Shown piece by piece: positions 27,297 to 38,238 of a stretch of 64,000 nt of DNA (position 1 is its first letter; every line of letters begins with the position of its first letter). The notes under the pieces are model-generated. The model worked only from the letters and a program-made list of their open reading frames with translations. It did not search any database and was not told the origin of the DNA. The stretch covers positions 6,510,001-6,574,000 of the forward strand of contig OZ024764.1 of the NCBI GenBank assembly GCA_964016885.1, read 5' to 3'. The translations under genes and the position numbers were made by a program. This stretch comes from Eledone cirrhosa. Its lineage: Eukaryota.

Positions 27297-27371
27297 ATAA
27301 GTCAACTTGTGGAAGATATACAGAAACTACAAGCTACATTTGACAGTTTACAGGAGTCTACGTCAGCTCGA
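27297..27371 (+). CDS. cut: cut exon F: ISQLVEDIQKLQATFDSLQESTSAR
   Basis: ttacag| and |gtaagt; phase 0 to 0. Resembles CUX1 [25 protein letters not shown]. Confidence 0.94.
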
Positions 27372-27372
27372 G

Positions 27373-28170
27373 TAAGTATCTATACTGTATATAGTGTGTG
27401 TCTGCTCCTCACATATTCTTGTCTACTAAGTATTTATACCAGGGGTCCCCAACCCCTGGCCCGCGGGCCTAATCTGGTTTAAAAAGGGTACAGTTTGCAA
27501 TAAATTCGCACCCGATCTATCGATGTTGCCGAATAAAACAATGTTTAAATGTATTTTTCTGCTTGGGACAGCTCTAAGTATCAATATTGAATTTTGTTTC
27601 AAATCTAACATAAGGGATAAATAAATGATTACTTATTTGTATATAAGTAGTATTAATTGTGCATCTGGCTCGCGGGGCCACCAGTGCATGGCTATCCGGC
27701 CCGCGGACCCAAAAGGTTGGGGACCCCTGATTTATACTGTATATAGTGTGTGTCTGTTCCTCACATATTCTTGTCTACTAAGTATTTATACTCTATATAG
27801 TGTCCACTCCTCACATATTCTTGTCTACTAAGTATTTATACTCTATATAGTGTCCACTCCTCACATATTCTTGTCTACTAAGTATTTATACTCTATATAG
27901 TGTCCACTCTTCACATATTCTTGTCTACTAAGTATTTATACTCTATATAATGTCCACTCCTCACATATTCTTGTCTACTAAGTATTTATACTCTATATAA
28001 TGTCTGCTCTTCACGTATTCTTGTCTACTAAGTATTTATACTCTATATAGTGTCCACTCCTCACATATTCTTGTCTACTAAGTATTTATACTCTATATAA
28101 TGTCCGCTCCTCACGTCTACTAAGTATTTATACTCTATATAGTGTCCGCTCCTCACATATTCTTGTCTAC
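27373..28170. repeat. 50-bp minisatellite starting at the exon F donor, interrupted by the hAT MITE
   Basis: Unit TAAGTATTTATACTCTATATAGTGTCCACTCCTCACATATTCTTGTCTAC. Confidence 0.93.
27440..27729. mobile_element. hAT (Charlie/Buster-like) MITE, 290 bp
   Basis: TIRs CAGGGGTCCCCAACC / GGTTGGGGACCCCTG; perfect 8-bp TSD ATTTATAC with central TA. Confidence 0.92.
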
Positions 28171-28581
28171 GAGGTCCAAATATTATGTTATTCATGGAAT
28201 TATCCTCAGAACCCAACTAACAATTGTTCCCTGGAAACCCCCAAATATTCGTGGAATCGTAAATATCTTCTGCAATATTTTTATGGGTTTTTTTTTTGTT
28301 TTTTTTGGCAATATATATTTTTTTCACACTTTTTAACAATAAATTAATAACAATATACCATATTTGGCAGCCTATTGGACAGCTCTGCTCATAAGATGCT
28401 CCCTCTTTTTTTTTTTATTATATTTTGATGTTTATAGGCATTTTTATGGACCACGTCCAATATTCGCGGTTTTTCGCTCTTTGTGGGTGTCCCAGGAACA
28501 TAAGCTCCGCAAATGCCAGGGGACAACTGTGTGTGTGTGTGTTTGTTGCTCAGACCTTATGGGTTGTGTCTATTTTTGCAG

Positions 28582-28688
28582 ATCTCCAAGCTAGAAACGG
28601 CCATCACCAGGAAAAACAAGGCCTTCCATCTTCTGGAACTCAAGTTGAAATCAAAGGAAGATTTTGAAGATATAAAACAGGACTTCCT
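28582..28688 (+). CDS. cut: cut exon G: ISKLETAITRKNKAFHLLELKLKSKEDFEDIKQDF(L)
   Basis: ttgcag| and |gtaagt; phase 0 to 2. Resembles CUX1 [35 protein letters not shown]. Confidence 0.9.
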
Positions 28689-29618
28689 GTAAGTTGGTGG
28701 TGTTGTGTGTGATGTAGTGTGTGGTGTGGTGTAGTGTGTGGTGTGGTGTTGTGTGTGATGTAGTGTTGTGTGTTGTGTGTGGTGTAGTGTGTGTGTATGG
28801 TGGAGTGGTGTTGTGTGTGGTGTGGTGTAGTGTGTGGTGTGGTGTAGTGTAGTGTGTGGTGTGGTGTAGTGTGTGGTGTTGTGTGGTGTGGTGTGTGATG
28901 TAGTGTTGTGTGTGGTGTGGTGTAGTGTGTGGTGTGGTGTTGTGTGTGATGTAGTGTTGTGTGTTGTGTGTGGTGTAGTGTGTGTGTATGGTGGAGTGGT
29001 GTTGTGTGTGATGTAGTGTGTGGTGTGGTGTAGTGTTGTGTGTGGTGTGGTGTAGTGTTGTGTGTGGTGTGGTGTAGTGTATGGTGTGGTGTTGTGTGTG
29101 ATGTAGTGTTGTGTGTGATGTAGTGTTGTGTGTTGTGTGTGGTGGAGTGGTGTTGTGTGTGGTGTGGTGTAGTGTTGTGTGTGGTGTGGTGTAGTGTTGT
29201 GTGTGGTGTGGTGTAGTGTATGGTGTGGTGTTGTGTGTGATGTAGTGTTGTGTGTGATGTAGTGTTGTGTGTTGTGTGTGGTGGAGTGGTGTTGTGTGTG
29301 ATGTAGTGTGTGTGTGTGGTGTAGTGTATGGTGTGGTATGACAATGTTATGTATAGTGTGTGGTAAGTGCACCTCCCCACCATACCATCATGTCTCTCTC
29401 CTTACCCCCCCCCCCCCTGTCTACACCACAGTATATGGTAATGTCTGTCTCTCTCACCGCTCCTCTCTCACCTCTAATCTCATCTCATACCTCATCTCAC
29501 CTCTCCCACCCTCACCTCCCCACCTCCCACCCCCACCCCACCCCCTCACATCTCCCACCTCCCACCCTCACCTCCCACCTCCCACTCCCATCTAATATCC
29601 CTCTCTTCTCCATTCCAG

Positions 29619-29809
29619 ATCAATGAAGCCAACACAGTTCCCTGAACTATGTGATGATGTCAGTCCATCTTCTTCTCCAAAGTCGGAACCGACCCTGGAG
29701 ATGTTGTTGTTGGAGAAGGCCAGGAGTGAACCTTGTTCCACTCCAACACAACAACAACAGCAACATTCTGATTCTCAGCCATTAAATTTAACAGAATCTG
29801 AAAATTCCG
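29619..29809 (+). CDS. cut: cut exon H: SMKPTQFPELC...PTLEMLLLEKARSEP...PLNLTESENS
   Basis: ttccag| and |gtaagt; phase 2 to 1. Contains LEMLLLEK (CUX1 PLEVLLLEK). Confidence 0.9.
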
Positions 29810-29825
29810 GTAAGTCGTGTTGTCT

Positions 29826-29940
29826 TTTATATACACTCCTGATTACATGGATTGTACCTTTTATATACATACATACATATATATATATGTATATATGTGT
29901 ATATACACTCCTGATTACATGGATTGTACCTTTTACATAC

Positions 29941-30003
<63 letters not shown>

Positions 30004-31222
30004 CTCCTGATTACATGGATTGTACCTTTTATATACATACATACATATATATATATGTATATATGTGTATATACACTCCTGATTACATGGATTGTACCTT
30101 TTACATACATACATACATATATATATATGTATATATATATGTGTATATATATATATGTATATATACACTCCTGATTACATGGATTGTACCTTTTACTTAC
30201 ATACATATATATATATATATATATACACTCCTGATTACATGGATTGTACCTTTTATATACATATATACATATATATATATGTATATATACACTCCTGATT
30301 ACATGGATTGTACCTTTTATATACATACATACATATATATATATGTATATATGTGTATATACACTCCTGATTACATGGATTGTACCTTTTATATACATAC
30401 ATACATACATATATATATATGTATATATGTGTATATACACTCCTGATTACATGGATTGTACCTTTTATATACATACATACATACATATATATGTATATAT
30501 GTGTATGTATATATACACTCCTGATTACATGGGTTGTACCTTTTATATACATACATACATATATATATATATATATCTATATATACACTCCTGATTACAT
30601 GGATTGTACCTTTTATATACATACATACATACATATATATGTATATATGTGTATGTATATATACACTCCTGATTACATGGATTGTACCTTTTATATACAT
30701 ACATACATACATATATATGTATATATGTGTATGTATATATACACTCCTGATTACATGGATTGTACCTTTTATATACATACATACATATATATATATATAT
30801 CTATATATACACTCCTGATTACATGGATTGTACCTTTTATATACATACATACATACATATATATGTATATATGTGTATGTATATATACACTCCTGATTAC
30901 ATGGATTGTACCTTTTATATACATACATACATACATATATATGTATATATGTGTATGTATATATACACTCCTGATTACATGGATTGTACCTTTTATATAC
31001 ATACATACATATATATATATGTATATATGTGTATATACACTCCTGATTACATGGATTGTACCTTTTATATACATACATACATACATATATATGTATATAT
31101 GTATATATGTGTATATACACTCCTGATTACATGGATTGTACCTTTTATATACATACATACATATATATATATATGTATATATGTGTATATACACTCCTGA
31201 TTACATGGATTGTACCTTTTAT

Positions 31223-31295
<73 letters not shown>

Positions 31296-31976
31296 CTCCT
31301 GATTACATGGATTGTACCTTTTACTTACATACATATATATATATATATATACACTCCTGATTACATGGATTGTACCTTTTATATACATACATACATATAT
31401 ATATATGTATATATGTGTATATACACTCCTGATTACATGGATTGTACCTTTTATATACATACATACATATATATATATGTATATATGTGTATATACACTC
31501 CTGATTACATGGATTGTACCTTTTACATACATACATACATACATATATATATATGTATATATGTGTATATACACTCCTGATTACATGGATTGTACCTTTT
31601 ATATACATACATACATATATATATGTATATATATGTGTATATATACTCCTGATTACATGGATTGTACCTTTTATATACATACATACATATATATATATGT
31701 ATATATGTGTATATACACTCCTGATTACATGGATTGTACCTTTTATATACATACATACATATATATATATATGTATATATGTGTATATACACTCCTGATT
31801 ACATGGATTGTACCTTTTATATACATACATACATATATATATATGTATATATGTGTATATACACTCCTGATTACATGGATTGTACCTTTTATATACATAC
31901 ATACATATATATATATGTATATATGTGTATATACACTCCTGATTACATGGATTGTACCTTTTATCTACATACATAC

Positions 31977-32023
<47 letters not shown>

Positions 32024-32151
32024 CATATATATATATACTCCTGATTACATGTATTGTACCTTTTACATGCATATATATATATATACACAGACATATATAT
32101 ATATATATATATGCAGACATATATACTGCTGATTACATGTATTGTACCTTT

Positions 32152-32185
<34 letters not shown>

Positions 32186-32269
32186 CACTCCTGATTACAT
32201 GTATTGTACCTTTTACATACATACATATATATATATATATATACTCCTGATTACATGGATTGTACCTTT

Positions 32270-32314
<45 letters not shown>

Positions 32315-32339
32315 TCCTGATTACATGTATTGTACCTTT

Positions 32340-32373
<34 letters not shown>

Positions 32374-32402
32374 CTCCTGATTACATGTATTGTACCTTTT
32401 AC

Positions 32403-32448
<46 letters not shown>

Positions 32449-32480
32449 TCCTGATTACATGGATTGTACCTTTTACATAC
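29826..32480. repeat. ~75-bp variable minisatellite (ACACTCCTGATTACATGGATTGTACCTTTT + TA/TACA tracts)
   Basis: About 35 copies, starting just after the exon H donor. Confidence 0.95.
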
Positions 32481-32949
32481 ACACACTTCAACATATATAT
32501 ATGTTGATGCCCTAAGGACATGGCAGCAATAATGAGGGATAGAGACCGCTGGAGAGAACTTGTCCATGGATCTCGGGAATTTTACCCGCCTTAGATATAT
32601 TATATATATATATATATATATCATCATCATCATCATCATCATCATCATCGTTTAATGTCCATATTCCACGCTTGCATGGGTTTGGACGGGAGTTTTCCCT
32701 ATTGAGTTATATATATATATATATAATTCGTTTTTGAATTCGTTTTGCGAGAAACACAAAATAAAAACCTAGTCACCGAGGAGGTCACAGAATGTGTGAT
32801 GAAATTTATGATGTTATTTATGTATTTGACAATATATAAATAACCTTCCGGATATAGAACCAACCAACCAACCGGAAATTTATAATAAATTGAAGTGAAA
32901 ACTAACAGGTGCATGTGTTTTTATTGGCAACGTGACCCTCCCAAAGTAT

Positions 32950-33044
<95 letters not shown>

Positions 33045-33098
33045 AAATGGCGTAGGATAGAAGAAAGGAAAGGCACAGAAACAAAGAAAGGAATCCCC

Positions 33099-33143
33099 AG
33101 TCACTGAAGAGGTCACAGAGTGTGTGACGAAAGGACTATGACT
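33099..33143 (+). ncRNA. minimal type I hammerhead motif (family B)
   Basis: AGUCA-CUGAAGA-G-GUCACA(GAGUG)UGUGAC-GAAA-GGAC-UA-UGACU. Confidence 0.72.
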
Positions 33144-33301
33144 ATATATAAACAACTATCTGGTTGTGGAACCAACCAACCAACCAGAAATTTATAAGTT
33201 TGTAGATTTGTAAATTTATAAATTTATAAATATATAATAAATTGAAGTGAAAGCAACTGGTGCGTGTGTGTCTTATTGGCAACATGACCCTCCCAAAGTA
33301 T

Positions 33302-33339
<38 letters not shown>

Positions 33340-33969
33340 ATACTTATTGTAAACGGAAAAAATGAAACGAAATTTCATTTCCCACTCTTAGTACGGCTGT
33401 TACTTAAATATAAGTATGTACACGTACATACATATATGTATACAGACGTACAGTAGTATGTATATATATATATATGTACGTATGGATTCACCGAACATTT
33501 ATATATATAAGTATTAAAGGTAAAAGTTAGTTGCATCCGTAAGTGGTATGCCTAATGAGCACTCGATGCTGTTGGGGAGCAGAGTATCAATAATTGTTTC
33601 TACTTTTGGCACAAGGCCAGCATTTACCCAGTGTATTACTGGTACTTTATTTTATCGACCCTGTAAGGATGAAAGGCAAAGTTAACCTCGGCGGGATTTG
33701 AACTCAGATACTGCCAATCCACCATCAATACTGATAATATATAAGGGAACAAAGAATCAGTGTTGCATCATAACATATTTAATGACATATTACACATGTT
33801 TCACTGTCGATCTGCTCGAGGTATGATCTATTATTGATTGAACCTGACTCTGGAATTGGAGGCTCCTCGGATACATTTTTCGCATCTCAGCTGTGAGTCT
33901 ACATGTTAGCACACTATTATATATATATATACATGTACATGTATATGTGTATATAGATGGGTGCATGTG

Positions 33970-34771
33970 TATGTACATACGCGGGGAGATAGAAATAGTC
34001 GGGCTGGATACCCGATCGCGTGGTTAAACCACTGGGAGTGAAGGACCCCTAGCTTTTGTCAGGACATTCTTCTAGGAGAAGGTAACTCAGGAAACTGGGA
34101 TAACTCTGATATAAAACCTGCAACTCAGTAGTTACCAATGATGTTGATCTTTTCTTCTTTTCAGGTTATAGCTACTGTCTCTCAGAGAGTGGGATTGGCT
34201 CAGTGCACAGTCTTTCCTCACTTTAAAAAATATCTTCACGCACAGGCATTGCACGATAGAATTAATTAATAATTATTAATAATGGTATATCATGCAATGG
34301 CCATACTCGATAACGAGGGGACAACCATCATGTATATATATATATATATTAAAATAACAAGCAAAGAATCGCTGCTTTTACCCTTAACGGGATCTTTTAT
34401 ATATATATATATATGTCTATATGTCTATATATATATATATCATAAATCATATCTTTAGAATTATTAGATAAAATATATACCATTTCCTCTCCCAATTACC
34501 ATAATTAACCATATAAAAAATCAATTAGACCAAGCTATAAGAATAAAGGCTCCTATGAAGAAATTTCCGACAAATACCCGAAAGTGACCTCTTCGCGGTG
34601 GCCCAATAGAGTATTTATCCAACATTTCAACAGCATGTAGAAATTGACCAAATATACCGTCAACCATACACAATTAGGTGTAAATTCAAACTTAGAAGAA
34701 ATGTGTACATACCGTAATTACATCTCTACTATGGTTTCGTCCGTATTTTTAGACATCCAATAACAGGATAC
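33970..34771 (+). repeat. ~800-bp dispersed duplicate of 10695-11533
   Basis: Near-identical composite of two repeat fragments and the (TA)n tracts between them. Confidence 0.9.
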
Positions 34772-34807
34772 CCGATAACGAGGGGGCAGCCATCATATAT
34801 ATATATA

Positions 34808-34890
34808 TAATTGTTTTCTCTGACAAACGATCTAGATGTTTCTTGCAAGAATCATCTAACTTCGTGAAACCTTTGGTAATGGGATAATTA
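34808..34890 (+). ncRNA. hammerhead motif with long stem II (family F), core CUGACAA degenerate
   Basis: UAAUUGUUUUCU-CUGACAA-ACGA...UCGU-GAAA-CC(UUU)GG-UA-AUGGGAUAAUUA. Confidence 0.58.
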
Positions 34891-35059
34891 TATTGTGTTG
34901 TTTATTACATAATTAAATAGCTCTGTACTATACATAGAGCACTCTTCATTCCTCTACCTTTCCTCCGGTCAACATGAATGGACCTGTTATTTTTATCTAA
35001 AGACATTTTTTCCAATTCCATCCCGCCCGTCCCCTCAAGCTATTTTATTTCTCATTCTT

Positions 35060-35095
35060 TCTTCTGATGAAGGACTAGCGTCCGAAACGTCAAGA
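35060..35095 (+). ncRNA. minimal type I hammerhead motif (family A), GUC triplet
   Basis: UCUU-CUGAUGA-AGGAC(UAGC)GUCC-GAAA-CGUC-AAGA. A degenerate third copy lies at ~4461-4496. Confidence 0.8.
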
Positions 35096-35182
35096 CCCTC
35101 TTCCTTCTATTTCAAGCGTTAACCTAATATATTCCTTCCATATACTGTACCGATTGTGTTGTTATTTCTGTTTACCTTTTAC

Positions 35183-35240
<58 letters not shown>

Positions 35241-35243
<3 letters not shown>

Positions 35244-35640
35244 GATATTAAACAAATGGAAACTATATTTATAAAACCATATTTATTTCATTATACATAT
35301 TTCAGGGATACCATATTAAAAATATGGCATGCCTTCTTCAGATAAAATACAATATATAAGCAGTTTTATAAATAAATTTGACGTACCATAAATATTGATC
35401 AACTTCCATTTGAGAAGTTGGTTTGGTAGTAAACTGCTTATATATTGTATTTTATCTGAAGAAGGCATGCCATATTTTTAATATGGTATCCCTGAAATAT
35501 GTATAATGAAATAAATATGGTTTTATAAATATAGTTTCCATTTGTTTAATATCGTATATCTACTCCAAAACTTGTTGAGTGCTTTATATCAGTTATAAAA
35601 TATTTACTCGTTGTAACCCAACAATTTTAAATAAAACTTT

Positions 35641-35675
<35 letters not shown>

Positions 35676-36611
35676 CGTTTCTGAATTTGTTTAGCAAGAT
35701 TCTTTATCTGAAATCGTGTGTTGAAACCGATATTGTTATACTTTGGGAGGGTCATGTTGCCAATAAGAAACACACGCACCAGTTGCTTTCACTTCAATTT
35801 AATTTATTATATATTTATAAATTTACAAATTTATAAATTTCTGGTTGGTTGGTTGGTTCCACAACCAGATAGTTGTTTATATATATATAGTCATAGTTCT
35901 TTCGTCACACAAACAAAATGGCGTAGGATAGAAGAAAGGAAAGGCACAGAAACGAAGAAAGAAATCCCCAGTCACTGAAGAGGTCACAGAGTGTGTGACG
36001 AAAGAACTATGACTATATATATATAAACAACTATCTGGTTGTGGAACCAACCAACCAACCAGAAATTTATAAATTTGTAAATTTATAAATATATAATAAA
36101 TTAAATTGAAGTGAAAGCAACTGGTGCGTGTGTTTCTTATTGGCAACATGACCCTCCCAAAGTATAACAATATATATATATATATATATATATGGAAAGT
36201 TATATTTAAAATTGTTGTGTTACAACTAGTAAATATTTATAACTGATATAAAAGCACTCGACAAATATTTGGAGTATATTTACAATATTAAATAAATGGA
36301 AACTATATTTATAAAACCATATTTATTTCATTATATATATTTCGGGGATATCATATTAACAATATGCTATGCCTTCCTCAGACAAAATACAATATAAACA
36401 GTTTTATAGATAAATAGATTCGACATACCGTAACAACACCGACTTGCATTTGAAGAGGTTGGATTGGCAGTGTATGTCGAATCTATTTATCTATAAAACT
36501 GTTTATATTGTATTTTGTCTGAGGAAGGCATAGCATATTGTTAATATGATATCCCCGAAATATATATAATGAAATAAATATGGTTTTATAAATATAGTTT
36601 CCATTTATTTA
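35241..36611. repeat. cluster of three near-perfect inverted repeats carrying hammerheads (Penelope-like terminal repeats)
   Basis: Arms 35241-35366/35431-35556, 35730-35911/35992-36173 and 36289-36428/36472-36611. + strand hammerheads at 35448-35513, 35970-36014 and 36511-36576. Confidence 0.9.
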
Positions 36612-36930
36612 TGCATATGTATGTATATATGTATATATATATATATTTATTTATGCATATGTATGTATATATGTATATATATATATATATGTGCATGCTA
36701 CTGTACGTCTGTATACATATATGTATGTACGTATACATGCATACTTACATTTAAGTAAGTGCCATACTAAGAGTGAGAAATGAAATTTCGTTTTCATTTT
36801 GTTTCAATTTATCGTTTTCGGTATGCCTGACCGATTTAACTCACTCGATATGCAAATTAGGCTGCTCAGCCGTTAATTTTCATAAGGAAAGTATATACTT
36901 TCGAACGTTCAACTATCTGGCAGATGGGTA

Positions 36931-36975
36931 AACGGTGCTGATGATAGCTAACAAGCTTGAAACTAGTACATCGTT
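36931..36975 (+). ncRNA. type I hammerhead motif with intact core (family G)
   Basis: AACGGUG-CUGAUGA-UAGCU(AACA)AGCUU-GAAA-CUAG-UA-CAUCGUU; 7-bp stem I and palindromic ACUAGU stem III. Confidence 0.8.
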
Positions 36976-37139
36976 CCTGTGTCAGTGTTGAGCAAAAAGG
37001 TGACGTGGTTGCCTTAACACCGTATGGCATAAATTCAGGCTGTTCAGTTTGTTTACAAACGAACAAAGCGACGTTATAATAAGCGCCGCTAAACTGATAC
37101 GTGCATATATGTATGTGTACCTGTATGCATATGTATATA

Positions 37140-37172
<33 letters not shown>

Positions 37173-37288
37173 GTGCATGCTACTGTACGTCTGTATACAT
37201 ATATGTATGTACGTATACATGCATACTTACATTTAAGTAAGTGCCATACTAAGAGTGAGAAATGAAATTTCGTTTTCATTTTGTTTCA

Positions 37289-37343
<55 letters not shown>

Positions 37344-37407
37344 TACATATAGAGAAATATATTCCAAGATATATATGTCATTAATTCTCTTTCTCTCTCT
37401 CCCACAG

Positions 37408-38205
37408 TCAACAATACTAATTCAAATACTCTTGCCAACACAGAAGCATTTTCTACAATGCTAGGGGAGACCCCAGTTACATTGTCTCACAGCCAGTCTG
37501 GTCCCACAACACCCAGCACCCCGACTAGTAACGGACTACCTCCTCACCCAGAAAACCACCCACCTCCCTCCCCACACAGCAGCAACAACAACAACAACAA
37601 CAGCAACACACCCAATCACTCGCCATTCTCCCCCCCTCCTCCGACCACCACCACCACCGCCGCCGCCACCACGCCCTCCGCCTCCACCACCACCACCACC
37701 ACCACCACCACAAACTGTCAAATGCCACCACCCCCTCCGTCATCTTCATCATCGCAGTCATCGCAGTCGTCATCGCATTCGTCATCGCAGCATTCGTCAC
37801 AGCAGCAGCAGCAGTTTCTCAGCTACGGCAATGGACACTCGCCCACCTCACAACAACACCACCACCACCACCACCACTACATGCCTCCATCGGTGGTGGT
37901 GAAACAGGAGCAAGGTGTTGGTAGCGGCACGACCAATTCCTCCAGCAATGGTAAGAACCAGACGCTGGACACAGGTGGTGTGGCTAAGACGATACGCGAG
38001 GTGCTAAGTATGCACAACATTGGCCAAAGACTGTTTGCCAAAGAGGTGCTCGGCTTGTCTCAGGGTACTGTGAGCGAGCTACTGTCCAAACCAAAGTCTT
38101 GGGATAAGTTAACAGAAAAGGGGCGAGAATCCTATCGGAAAATGCATGCCTGGTCCGCCGATGAATCTAATATTTTAGCACTGAAAGCAATCTCACCCAA
38201 AAAAA
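37408..38205 (+). CDS. cut: cut exon I with CUT domain 1
   Basis: ccacag| and |gtaagt; phase 1 to 1. A low-complexity S/T/P/Q/H linker precedes [63 protein letters not shown]. Confidence 0.97.
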
Positions 38206-38238
38206 GTAAGTCATCAACTTGTTTCTTGTTCTTTTTCT

